This document shows, piece by piece, positions 1 through 9,644 of a DNA stretch of 64,000 bases; the stretch's first letter is position 1; each line of letters opens with the position of its first letter. Source of the DNA: an uncultured bacterium (GTDB lineage: Bacteria > Poribacteria > WGA-4E > WGA-3G); contig CAZZBB010000012.1 in the NCBI GenBank assembly GCA_964652195.1, forward strand, positions 36,537 to 100,536, given 5' to 3'. The notes below the pieces were generated by a model that searched no databases, was not told the origin of the DNA, and saw only the letters and a program-made list of their open reading frames with translations. The position numbers and the translations under genes were made by a program.

Positions 1-228
1 ATCAAATATATCATTAACAGTAATGTAAATAAGTACAAGGTTATCGAAGTCTTCACTCTTATCTATTTCAAATAAATGTCCCTCAATTCCTTTTTTTGAT
101 TGTGGGTCTGCAATATATAGTTCGTCAACGAGTGGTGTGATTTTCCAATCGAAAACAGATCTATAAAATGCTATTAACTTATCTATATCTTTTCCACCTA
201 TCTCAAAATGAGGAACAGGATTTGACAT
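1..228 (-). CDS. VOC (glyoxalase/bleomycin-resistance/dioxygenase) family protein, partial (C-terminus cut by window edge)
   Basis: Not in the ORF track. The reverse complement of 1-228 translates from an ATG at 228 as MSNPVPHFEIGGKDIDKLIAFYRSVFDWKITPLVDELYIADPQSKKGIEGHLFEIDKSEDFDNLVLIYITVNDIFD. This is co-linear with the two downstream VOC paralogs, sharing the PV..FEI and GxxGH motifs. Confidence 0.6.
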   Translation of the reverse strand, partial: MSNPVPHFEIGGKDIDKLIAFYRSVFDWKITPLVDELYIADPQSKKGIEGHLFEIDKSEDFDNLVLIYITVNDIFD

Positions 229-264
229 ATAAATGACTCCTATGAAGAAAATAGTAATGACTTT

Positions 265-621
265 TTAGGATTGGAATAAACCGAGACAATTACCACATGG
301 GTCAAGAAACATTGCGAATGTACCTTCCCCTTGAGGAACTGACATAGGTCCCATAATCACTTGTCCACCATTGCTTTCTACCTTTTTGGCATATTCATGG
401 ATATCATCTACCTGAATGTAAAAAGTCACATGGTTTCTTATAGGCATTTCATCTGTAGTTTGAACTATATGTCCTTTAATTCCCTGTTCTGATCCTGTGT
501 CAATATCATTGCCACAGTCATCATCTTGGTTTATGTTCCAATCAAATAATGTACCATAAAAATCTGTCAGTGAATCTTCTTTTTTACCAGCTATTTCAAA
601 GATAGTTACTGGATTAGGCAT
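265..621 (-). CDS. VOC/glyoxalase family protein
   Basis: 118 aa. Shows PVTIFEI, GIKGHIV, HVTFYIQVDDI, AMFLDPCGN. This pattern is typical of small glyoxalase-I-like VOC proteins. Confidence 0.8.
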   Translation of the reverse strand: MPNPVTIFEIAGKKEDSLTDFYGTLFDWNINQDDDCGNDIDTGSEQGIKGHIVQTTDEMPIRNHVTFYIQVDDIHEYAKKVESNGGQVIMGPMSVPQGEGTFAMFLDPCGNCLGLFQS

Positions 622-653
622 AGTTACGTCTCCTTCTATAGTTTTGTTCTATT

Positions 654-1031
654 CTAATTATTCATTGTATCTGGTTGTTTATATAAACCGATATAATTTC
701 CACTTGGATCAAGAAAGACCGCAAAAGCACCATTATCTCCGGGGATTTCTTGTGGGGGAATCATAGTCTTTCCGCCTAAATTTTCTGCTTGATCAAGCGA
801 TGACTGCAAATTATCAACTTCTACATAAATCGTAACATGATTGTTAAAACCCATTTCCTCACTTACTGGAAAGATATGTCCATGAATTCCATCGTCAGCT
901 TGTACCATATAAGTTCCACCGTATGGATTTACATCGGTTTTCCATCCAAAGACGTTGGTATAAAATTCATTTAACTTCTCACCTTCTCTTCCAGCAATTT
1001 CAAAATAGGTGACAGGATTTCCCATTAGCAT
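654..1031 (-). CDS. VOC/glyoxalase family protein (paralog)
   Basis: 125 aa. Shows PVTYFEIAG, GIHGHIF, HVTIYVEVDNL, AVFLDPSGN. It is a paralog of 265-621. Confidence 0.8.
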   Translation of the reverse strand: MLMGNPVTYFEIAGREGEKLNEFYTNVFGWKTDVNPYGGTYMVQADDGIHGHIFPVSEEMGFNNHVTIYVEVDNLQSSLDQAENLGGKTMIPPQEIPGDNGAFAVFLDPSGNYIGLYKQPDTMNN

Positions 1032-1512
1032 GACTCCTTAATAACTTTAATAGTCCTAAAAAATGATGTTTCTTTCATCATTTATATAATCATCTTGATT
1101 AGAAAATGTAATATATATTGATTTTACAACACATATAAAACGATAGTGATTCTGATTTAGTTGCATTTTCAGTCCAAGAATTATAGATTAATTAATGATT
1201 CTGAACCTATTCAGTTCGATATAAATATAATTATGACTTATAAAGCTATGAAAACTCCGTATTACAAATTTTATGCGAATTATGATTTATTGAATAGTAT
1301 GGTTATGGTATAATCTCAATGTTTAAATGGTTGTATGTATTCATAAGCAAAATAACTATGTATGCAACGATTGAGAATTAATAGAATTAAACTTAATTAA
1401 CGAATACAGGTCAAAACTATTAACTTCATAATAGCATATTACCAATAGGGGTATATTTTATATGTTTAATTTATATATCAATCGAGGAGATAATAGGGGA
1501 ATTGGTATATGT

Positions 1513-2733
1513 ATGCAAATTATAATCTTTTGCTTTTTATTATTTGTAGTTATACCTATTAGTGCTGATACTGAATCTGAAAAAAGTCCTATAAAGATTG
1601 GTGGTGCAATGCGGGTTAATTACGTATACGGTACATACGGTGATGAAGATAATCCACATCGCAGAGGAGATAAAATCGGAGATGTGGATCTTGAACTATT
1701 TAGGTTAAATTCTGATCTTGACTATCACAATTTAATTAGTAGAATTGAATACCGATGGTATGATAACTATAGTTTTTTTCACACTGCATGGTTAGGGTAT
1801 AATTTGGACAAGTTAGGAACCCTGAAGGCTGGAATTGTGCGAGTACCGTTCGGACCGACTGCTTACGGAGTATCAACAAGTTGGTTTTTTGACCAACATT
1901 TTTATGTTGGACTTGCTGATGACCCGGATATAGGAATCAGATGGAGTAATACTTATGATAAGTTAAGCTTGGATTTAGGTTACTTTTATGGTAGTGAATT
2001 CCAGACGGATGGTGATAGCCTTAATAGTTCACGATATGGTTATGACATAGTTAAATGGAAAGAAAAAGTTGATAGTAATGGAAAGGTTGAATGGGGTGCC
2101 GGTGAAAATGGATATGATGAAAGGCATCAACTTAACCTACGCACAATCTATAGTATTGATAATATTGGAGATATAGGTTTATCTTTTCAATACGGAATGT
2201 TGATTGGGACGGATGTAGGAGAGGATGATAGTGGGAATCACTATGCTGTCTCCGGTCATATGAAAAATACTATCTCTGATATTACACTCTTTTCTCAATT
2301 CTCTTATTATACACATAATATCTCTGATGAAACTCCGTGGAGTACCGGTGATCTAATTCCTATGGGGGCATACGATTTTGCATGGCCCGTTGCATCTACA
2401 GGATTGATACCAGCATTATCTTTGAGATATGGTGGTATAGACACCTCAAGTATCTCATGGATGGACAGTGTTACACCTTATATTGAATGGAGTACCATCC
2501 TAAAAACTGTAGAGGATTATAATAGCAGTACTTTGGTAACTCTTGGTGCAAGTTGGACATTATTTACTGCTTTATATGTCTATAGTGATTTTGGTCTTAC
2601 AGACGGAAACTTCTTCGTTGGGAATACAGATGATGATTATAATAATATACTGACTGGATTAAATCATGTTGGTGCCAATGGAAATAACAGTTGGCATTGG
2701 CGTCTAAATTTCAATTTTGGATATTATTTCTAA
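1513..2733 (+). CDS. Putative outer-membrane beta-barrel porin
   Basis: A signal-like N-terminus (MQIIIFCFLLFVVIPISA|D) follows internal Met 1513; the ORF track starts at 1462. Amphipathic beta-strand character runs throughout, and the C-terminus is aromatic (NFNFGYYF). It lies directly upstream of the BCCT transporter. Confidence 0.5.
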   Translation: MQIIIFCFLLFVVIPISADTESEKSPIKIGGAMRVNYVYGTYGDEDNPHRRGDKIGDVDLELFRLNSDLDYHNLISRIEYRWYDNYSFFHTAWLGYNLDKLGTLKAGIVRVPFGPTAYGVSTSWFFDQHFYVGLADDPDIGIRWSNTYDKLSLDLGYFYGSEFQTDGDSLNSSRYGYDIVKWKEKVDSNGKVEWGAGENGYDERHQLNLRTIYSIDNIGDIGLSFQYGMLIGTDVGEDDSGNHYAVSGHMKNTISDITLFSQFSYYTHNISDETPWSTGDLIPMGAYDFAWPVASTGLIPALSLRYGGIDTSSISWMDSVTPYIEWSTILKTVEDYNSSTLVTLGASWTLFTALYVYSDFGLTDGNFFVGNTDDDYNNILTGLNHVGANGNNSWHWRLNFNFGYYF

Positions 2734-2801
2734 ATGTCTTATTCCTTCCAATTATATATGCTCTTTACGGATAAGTTCAATTCTAAAAGGAGAATTTTGT
2801 A

Positions 2802-4445
2802 ATGCACGAAGAAGAAAAACAGCCACAGCAGATGCCACACCAAATTGATGTAGGCAATTACAAGAAATTATTCGGATTAGAGATCTACCTTACACCTGTG
2901 TTTGTAATTTCCAGTATTTCCATTGTACTTTTTATCATTGGTTCACTTATCTTTCAAGAAAGTGCAACAAAATTATTTGGAAATCTCAGAGTCTGGCTTA
3001 CGACCAACCTTGATTGGTTGTTTATGGGAACAGCGAATATCGTCTTTCTACTTTGTTTGTTTGTTGCCATATCACCCCTTGGAAAGATTAGGTTAGGTGG
3101 TAAAGATGCTAAACCTGAGTATTCTAAGATTACTTGGCTGGCAATGCTCTTTGCAGCTGGAATTGGAATTGGTCTTCTATTTTTTGGTGTGTTAGAACCG
3201 GTCACCTACTATCAAAGTCCTCCACTTGGTGAAAGTACTGTCTATGATACAGATACTGTCTATACTACTGAAAATGCCCCTGATATCTCAGATCCGATCG
3301 TACAAAAAGCAAGTTCATTGGGTTTGGCTGCAACAGTCTTTCACTGGGGTCTACAAGGTTGGGCAATTTATGGTGTGGTAGGACTGGCATTAGGGTTTTA
3401 TGCCTATAATCGAGGATTACCGCTCCTAATTCGTTCTGCATTTTATCCTATATTTGGTGATCGTATATGGGGTTGGACAGGACATATCATTGATACTCTC
3501 GCCATATTTGCTGGTATTTTCGGTCTGGCAACCTCTCTCGGTTTGGGAGTTCAACAAGTAACCTCTGGACTTAACTACCTATTTGATATTCCTGCAAATA
3601 CACTCTCAATGGTGTTATTAATTGTAGTAATAACATCTATCGCACTTGTATCTGTGATGACAGGTATTAATGTAGGAATCAAGAGGTTGAGCCAGTTCAA
3701 TATAATACTTGCTTTTATCTTATTATCAGTAGTATTCATTCTGGGTCCAACAAGTTATATATTCAGAAGCGTATTCGCAAGTCTTGGAACTTATATAATG
3801 AAGATTGTTCCACTGAGTAACTGGATTGGTCGTGAGGACACTGGTTTTCTACATGGATGGACTACATTCTATTGGGCATGGTGGATTGCATGGGCACCTT
3901 TCATAGGGACATTCATCGCAAGAATCTCAAAAGGGCGTACAGTTCGTCAATTCGTTATCTTTGTTCTCCTTTTACCAACATTATTATGTTTAATCTGGTT
4001 TAGTACTTTTGGTGGAACTGCTTTTCATCAATTCTTCACAGAAGGATACACCGAAGTAACAGAGATTGTTGAGGCATATAAACCGGAACTTGCACTGTAT
4101 GCAATGTTTAAAGGACTGCCTTGGCCGACACTGCTATCCTGTATAGGTATGTTGTTAACCATTATCTTTTTTGTCACCTCATCCGACTCTGGATCACTGA
4201 TAATTGATATCATAGCTGCCGGTGGAAAGGTTGATGCTCCGATACCACAACGTGTATTTTGGTGTACAGTTGAAGGGTTAATTGCTATCTCACTATTACT
4301 GGGTGGTGGATTAACTGCACTACAAGCAGCGTCACTTGTAAGTGGCTTCCCATTTGCGATTGTCCTGTTAGGAATGGGAGCGTGTGTCTTGTATGGATTA
4401 ATTCAAGAATTGCAGAAATTAAAGAATGAGGAAAGAGAATTATAA
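2802..4445 (+). CDS. BCCT family transporter (betaine/carnitine/choline type)
   Basis: 547 aa polytopic. Contains the BCCT signature region WGLQGWAIYGVVGLALGFYAYNRGLPLLIRSAF and a Trp-rich TM8 region. An AGGAG RBS sits at 2783. Confidence 0.85.
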   Translation: MHEEEKQPQQMPHQIDVGNYKKLFGLEIYLTPVFVISSISIVLFIIGSLIFQESATKLFGNLRVWLTTNLDWLFMGTANIVFLLCLFVAISPLGKIRLGGKDAKPEYSKITWLAMLFAAGIGIGLLFFGVLEPVTYYQSPPLGESTVYDTDTVYTTENAPDISDPIVQKASSLGLAATVFHWGLQGWAIYGVVGLALGFYAYNRGLPLLIRSAFYPIFGDRIWGWTGHIIDTLAIFAGIFGLATSLGLGVQQVTSGLNYLFDIPANTLSMVLLIVVITSIALVSVMTGINVGIKRLSQFNIILAFILLSVVFILGPTSYIFRSVFASLGTYIMKIVPLSNWIGREDTGFLHGWTTFYWAWWIAWAPFIGTFIARISKGRTVRQFVIFVLLLPTLLCLIWFSTFGGTAFHQFFTEGYTEVTEIVEAYKPELALYAMFKGLPWPTLLSCIGMLLTIIFFVTSSDSGSLIIDIIAAGGKVDAPIPQRVFWCTVEGLIAISLLLGGGLTALQAASLVSGFPFAIVLLGMGACVLYGLIQELQKLKNEEREL

Positions 4446-4543
4446 TCTCAATACTCTGAACAGTAAGTTGGAAATGTTGCAACTTCAGTTCAATTACGGT
4501 TCTACTTCTATTGAATGTAGTTGACCAGTTATTATAAGAATAT

Positions 4544-4582
4544 ATATATAGGCATGGTTTCATACCGTGCCTATATATTTTA
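4544..4582 (+). terminator. Rho-independent terminator downstream of the BCCT gene
   Basis: ATATATAGGCATGG / CCGTGCCTATATAT forms a 14-bp stem with one G.U pair and a 7-nt loop, followed by TTTT. Confidence 0.6.
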
Positions 4583-4618
4583 ATTCTTAATTTCCAAACT
4601 TACTGAAAGAGAATAATA

Positions 4619-5629
4619 ATGAAAATACTTGGAATTGATACATCTTGTGATGAAACAGCAGCAGCAGTAGTTGAAAATGGTAGGGAAGTCTTATCAAATA
4701 TTATTGCTTCACAGATCAAAGACCATCAAGAATATGGTGGTGTTGTTCCAGAATTGGCATCGCGTAAACACATTGAAGCAATCAACTATATTGTAAACAG
4801 ATCATTAGATGATGCCAACCTTACTTTCGATGATATAGATGCAATAGCAGTTACAAATCGTCCAGGATTAATCGGGGCATTACTTGTTGGGGTTGCTGCT
4901 GCAAAAAGTCTCGCTTACTCACACAATCTTCCCTTACTCGGGATAAATCATATTGAAGGTCATATTTATGCGAATTATATGGTTCATGAGACCATATCAT
5001 TTCCACATATATGTTTGACTGTCTCTGGAGGACATACGTTGCTGGTCGAGGTGTATGAAGGATGGAAATATAAGGTTTTGGGAACAACACAGGATGATGC
5101 AGCTGGAGAGGTATATGATAAAGTCGCTAAATATCTTGGACTCGGTTTCCCCGGAGGAAGGATAATAGATGAACTTGCTCAGGAAGGGGATCCAAATGCG
5201 ATTGACTTTCCTCGACCTATGTTACATAGTGGAAATTACCAATTTAGTTTTAGTGGGATTAAGACCTCAGTAAAGTATTATATTGAAAAAACAAAAAAGA
5301 ACGGCATGAATACAAGGATTGAAGATATTGCAGCCAGTTTTCAAGCCGCTGTTGTTGATGTCCTTGTTGCAAAAACCATTGAAGCTGCAAAAACAAACAA
5401 CTCCCGTTCAATTACTTTAACAGGTGGTGTTGCCGCGAATAGTCATCTGCGTTCTTCACTCACTGTAGTTGCTGATGATATTGATGTTAAAGTCTACTAT
5501 CCCTCTATAAGATTATGTACAGATAACGGTGCTATGATCGCCGGTATTGCCTACGAAAAATATACACAAGGACTTCAAGATGACCTATCTTTAAACGCTG
5601 CTGCAAATGGGTCATTAGTTGACGTATAA
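4619..5629 (+). CDS. tsaD: tRNA N6-adenosine threonylcarbamoyltransferase
   Basis: Shows MKILGIDTSCDETAAAVV, the Kae1/TsaD family HIEGH motif, and GGVAAN. Confidence 0.9.
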   Translation: MKILGIDTSCDETAAAVVENGREVLSNIIASQIKDHQEYGGVVPELASRKHIEAINYIVNRSLDDANLTFDDIDAIAVTNRPGLIGALLVGVAAAKSLAYSHNLPLLGINHIEGHIYANYMVHETISFPHICLTVSGGHTLLVEVYEGWKYKVLGTTQDDAAGEVYDKVAKYLGLGFPGGRIIDELAQEGDPNAIDFPRPMLHSGNYQFSFSGIKTSVKYYIEKTKKNGMNTRIEDIAASFQAAVVDVLVAKTIEAAKTNNSRSITLTGGVAANSHLRSSLTVVADDIDVKVYYPSIRLCTDNGAMIAGIAYEKYTQGLQDDLSLNAAANGSLVDV

Positions 5630-5643
5630 AAGGCAGAACAATT

Positions 5644-6267
5644 ATGTCTAATTTACGTATTCAAAAGGCAGTATCTGCTTTAAGAACTGGCGGTATCATT
5701 GCAATTCCTACGGATACTGTTTATGGTTTGGGGGTAGATGCATTTAATGCTGATGCAATCCAAAAGTTATATACCATAAAAGGTAGACCAGAAGAAAAAC
5801 CGATACCTTTAGTTCTTGGGTCAGTTGATGATGTTACTAAAGTTGCACAGAATATCCCTGGTTTCTTTTATCATCTAATAAAAAAATATTGGCCAGGTGG
5901 TTTAACAATTATTGTTGAATCTAAAAATCTATTACCCCAACTAACTGCCGGTGGGAATACCGTTGGAATACGTATCCCAAATCATGGCCTCTTATTAGAA
6001 ATACTCCATGAATTTGGTGGACCGATGGCTATCACAAGTGCCAATTTATCAGGAGATGCTGCCTCTACCTCACCTCAGGAATTGGGTCTTGAATTGACCA
6101 ATAAACTTGATTATATTGTCGATGATGGTAAGACTCCAGGACCTATCCCGTCCACTGTCTACGATATCTCAATTTCTCCTCCATTAATACGTCGTGAAGG
6201 AATTATATCAGAAGAAACACTCAATATGGAATACGCGTGTTACAACAGACTTTTAAAGAAATCTTAA
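5644..6267 (+). CDS. tsaC: L-threonylcarbamoyladenylate synthase (YrdC/Sua5 family)
   Basis: Shows PTDTVYGLGVDAFNADAIQKLYTIKGRPEEKPIPLVL and a YrdC fold of about 200 aa. It lies adjacent to tsaD. Confidence 0.8.
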   Translation: MSNLRIQKAVSALRTGGIIAIPTDTVYGLGVDAFNADAIQKLYTIKGRPEEKPIPLVLGSVDDVTKVAQNIPGFFYHLIKKYWPGGLTIIVESKNLLPQLTAGGNTVGIRIPNHGLLLEILHEFGGPMAITSANLSGDAASTSPQELGLELTNKLDYIVDDGKTPGPIPSTVYDISISPPLIRREGIISEETLNMEYACYNRLLKKS

Positions 6268-6821
6268 AATTCCTTGCATCACCAAATGGAATTTGGTTTA
6301 TGCTTAGTTTAGGATGTGTTATAGCTTTATTATACCTATACTATAGATGGAAACAAATACCTGGTCTGACAGTGGAATTAATTAAGGATGATACATGGTT
6401 TATCAATCGAGATGACAATAACAAACTGGCAATCATTATATCACTACATTTGACAAATAAGTCAAGTTCACCAATTCAAATGCATAGATGTAAATTAAGT
6501 GGATATACCCCAAAAATGCCTCCTGAACAGATGTTTTTAGAAGGATATGATAAAACAGTCGAATTAGTTCTACCTAAATATGATTCATATTCTGAGATAG
6601 TCGGTAAATCTGAAAATATTACTTCATCCTATGTTCTTAATCCATATACCGAGCAAAGAATGTGGGTTTATTATGAATCTGGTATTGTAACCTTGACAAA
6701 CATATTACGTGCTCCAATTGTGATTAAAGATCTAAATGGAAAACGTAAATCTCTTCAAGTGGCTGTACCTCGAAATATGGAACAGATTCAACTTTATCGT
6801 GAAGCGGCAATGCGATGGTAA
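6237..6821 (+). CDS. Hypothetical protein with N-terminal TM helix
   Basis: 194-aa ORF overlapping the tsaC 3' end. One hydrophobic segment (IWFMLSLGCVIALLYLYY). No recognisable motif. Confidence 0.4.
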   Translation: MLQQTFKEILKFLASPNGIWFMLSLGCVIALLYLYYRWKQIPGLTVELIKDDTWFINRDDNNKLAIIISLHLTNKSSSPIQMHRCKLSGYTPKMPPEQMFLEGYDKTVELVLPKYDSYSEIVGKSENITSSYVLNPYTEQRMWVYYESGIVTLTNILRAPIVIKDLNGKRKSLQVAVPRNMEQIQLYREAAMRW

Positions 6822-6947
6822 CACGGAAATTTAAATCCTTCAAGAAAATCCTTATTCGTACATACTAAACTCCAATTATAACCCAAATTATTTGCCATTT
6901 TATCAGGTGTATGGTATCCTATATCTTCAAGGAGGAGTACCAAACCT

Positions 6948-7706
6948 GTGGAATCAATAAGTGGTATCTCGAATGAATTTATTCGAGAAGAAATTGAAGA
7001 ATATCTTGAGCGTCCTGAAGAAAAAGACAGATTTGTTGATATGTTTTCGGCTGCCTCTTCAAAGATGCAAGATATTGCAGCTGCATTAATAGATGGGGAT
7101 CATCATACAGTTGATGAGTTAACCGAGCAAGCACTTGATGATGGAATTGAAGCATTGGAGGTAATGGATGATGGTCTTATCTTAGGTATGGGTATAGTTG
7201 GTATAAAATTCAGAGAGAATGTTATATTTGTTCCTGAAGTTCTTGCCTGTGCACGCGCAATGAAGGCTGGAATGAACCACATTGAACCAATTCTATCAGA
7301 TTCTGGGATAGACCCTATAGGCACTGTTATAATGGGAACAGTGAAAGGGGATTTACATGATATTGGTAAAAACCTGTGTATTATGATGCTAAGAGGAGCA
7401 GGATTCGTGGTTCATGATTTGGGAGTGGATACATCTGTAGATGAATTTTTGGATGCAGTTGAGGAATTTGAAGCACCTATATTAGGAATGTCTGCATTGC
7501 TAACAACAACCATGCCAAACATGGGGAAGACTATTGATGCATTTATTGATGAGGATTTACGCGAAGAGGTAAAGATCATGGTTGGTGGGGCACCAGTAAC
7601 ACAGACATTCGCTGATGATATGGGTGCTGATGGTTATGGTAAAGATGCATTAGAATGTGTTGCCTTAGCAAAAGAATTTCTTCAAGAAACAGATGATGAC
7701 TGGTAG
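6948..7706 (+). CDS. Corrinoid (B12)-binding protein of the MtbC/MttC/MtgC type
   Basis: The N-terminal helical B12-binding_2-like region is followed by a Rossmann B12 domain. That domain carries DxHxxG (GDLHDIGKN) and MLRGAGF...LGVD...SALLTTT. Confidence 0.8.
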   Translation: MESISGISNEFIREEIEEYLERPEEKDRFVDMFSAASSKMQDIAAALIDGDHHTVDELTEQALDDGIEALEVMDDGLILGMGIVGIKFRENVIFVPEVLACARAMKAGMNHIEPILSDSGIDPIGTVIMGTVKGDLHDIGKNLCIMMLRGAGFVVHDLGVDTSVDEFLDAVEEFEAPILGMSALLTTTMPNMGKTIDAFIDEDLREEVKIMVGGAPVTQTFADDMGADGYGKDALECVALAKEFLQETDDDW

Positions 7707-7721
7707 TTTCTATCTTAGTAT

Positions 7722-9626
7722 ATGAAAAAAGTTGATAAAAAAGAGTATGAAAAAAGACTCAACAAAATCACTGAGATTTTTGAAGAGCTTGTAGTTCATG
7801 CCGATGAACAAGCGACCTATCGCTGTCCATACAAGGACAGAAATGACCATTGTACCGCTAAATTTGGATGTCGAAATCAACGAAAAATTGATAAAGGTAC
7901 AGGGTTAAAATGTGTTGGTGACGATAAATTAGACTACCGTACAGCATGGGAAACAGAAAAATCTGCAATCACGGAAACATTAATCGAGAAGACTAACGCT
8001 ACTATTTCCTGCGACGGTAAATTTTATCAACTAACACCAGGAAAAACTGTCTTCGATTATGCTGATGATTTAGCAGTTCAAGTTCCTACATCCTGTTTCC
8101 GTACAGGACAATGTCATGAGTGTATTGTGGAAATTAAAAGCGGTATGGATAGTTTGCGACCCCCTAACGAGGTGGAAGCTTTCCTCCGAGAAAACTATCG
8201 TTTAGCCTGCCAATCTGTTGTTCTTGATGTTGATCAAGATATAGAATTTGCTCCACTCCGTCGTTCCCCCCGCATACTTACCCAAACTACATCAGAACAA
8301 GATAAATTAGAACACATCAACCCATTTGTTACCCACCAAGATGGGACAGTATACTATAAAAATGAACCCGTAGATAAATTTCGAGGACATATCTATGGTT
8401 TAGCTATAGATATTGGTACAACAACTGTCGTGGCTAGTCTTGTTGATTTAGAAAATGGTAAGGACGTTTCTGTGAGTTCATTTGAAAATCCACAGCGTTT
8501 TGGTGGTAGTGACATAATGCACCGTATTTCATACGATGCAGAGTTTGAAGGGGAATTGAGAAAATCCTTATTGGCTGCATTAAATAGTGAAATTATGGAG
8601 ATGTGTGAGAGATTAGATATTGTTCGACAGGAGATTTATGAAATTGTGGTTGCTGGCAATACTACAATGAGAGACATCTTCTTTAGACAGGATGTTCAGA
8701 GTATAGGTCAAAAACCGTATAAATCCATTATTGAACATGAGCTTAATGATGGGTTGCGTATGAGTACTTCACTAACTGAAAAATCTCGTCGTCTTGGGAT
8801 AAGATCTAATCCGAAGGCAATGGTTTATAGTTTACCATTAATAGCGAGTCACGTTGGTGCTGATGTAGCAGCAGATCTGATTGCAATGGATATGCTAAAT
8901 CAAGATGATATTGTCATGTTAGTAGATGTAGGAACAAATACTGAAGTAATTGTTGGTAATAAAGACCGAATGGTGGCGGCCTCGTGTCCTGCTGGTCCTG
9001 CGTTTGAGGGTGGTGGCATAGAATATGGAATGCCAGCTTATCCTGGAGCAATCGAATCAATTAGATTGAATAATGAAGAAATTGATTATCGAACAGTAGA
9101 TGATGAAAAACCTGAAGGATTTTGTGGGTCAGGATTAATTTCATTACTTGCTGAGTTATTACGTACTAATCAGATGAATCCAAAAGGGGTCTTTGCAGAT
9201 AAAAAGCAAAAGATATTATCTATTTTACCTGAATATGGGATTACTTTCTCACGTGAGGATGCAAGTAATTTAGCCCAAGCTAAGGCCGCGAATTATTGTG
9301 GTCAGTATATCGTACTAAGACAGTTCGGTGTATCCCCAAAAGAAATCAGCAGACTGTATTTAGCTGGTGGATTCGCAAATTTTGTAGATTCTGGTGAGGC
9401 AATTGATATCGGGTTTCTGGCACCAGTTCCTGAAGAACGAATAGAAAAAATTGGTAATGCAGCCTTAGCAGGAGCAAAGTCAGTGTTACTATCTAAGGAA
9501 AAACGTCAAGAAATAGAGGCATTAGTCAAAAACATAGAGCATATTGAACTTGAAACAACATCTGACTTTTTTGATGTTTTTGTTGAGGGTTGTCAATTTA
9601 AACCTATGCCTAAGGATATAAGTTAG
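7722..9626 (+). CDS. RamA/RACo-like reductive activase of corrinoid proteins (2Fe-2S ferredoxin + ASKHA ATPase, DUF4445)
   Basis: The N-terminal Cys cluster is CRNQRK...C...CFRTGQCHEC...LACQ. An ASKHA/actin-fold region follows (GLAIDIGTTTV, VDVGTNTEV). It sits immediately after the corrinoid protein. Confidence 0.7.
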   Translation: MKKVDKKEYEKRLNKITEIFEELVVHADEQATYRCPYKDRNDHCTAKFGCRNQRKIDKGTGLKCVGDDKLDYRTAWETEKSAITETLIEKTNATISCDGKFYQLTPGKTVFDYADDLAVQVPTSCFRTGQCHECIVEIKSGMDSLRPPNEVEAFLRENYRLACQSVVLDVDQDIEFAPLRRSPRILTQTTSEQDKLEHINPFVTHQDGTVYYKNEPVDKFRGHIYGLAIDIGTTTVVASLVDLENGKDVSVSSFENPQRFGGSDIMHRISYDAEFEGELRKSLLAALNSEIMEMCERLDIVRQEIYEIVVAGNTTMRDIFFRQDVQSIGQKPYKSIIEHELNDGLRMSTSLTEKSRRLGIRSNPKAMVYSLPLIASHVGADVAADLIAMDMLNQDDIVMLVDVGTNTEVIVGNKDRMVAASCPAGPAFEGGGIEYGMPAYPGAIESIRLNNEEIDYRTVDDEKPEGFCGSGLISLLAELLRTNQMNPKGVFADKKQKILSILPEYGITFSREDASNLAQAKAANYCGQYIVLRQFGVSPKEISRLYLAGGFANFVDSGEAIDIGFLAPVPEERIEKIGNAALAGAKSVLLSKEKRQEIEALVKNIEHIELETTSDFFDVFVEGCQFKPMPKDIS

Positions 9627-9644
9627 AGGAAAGAGTTATAATAA

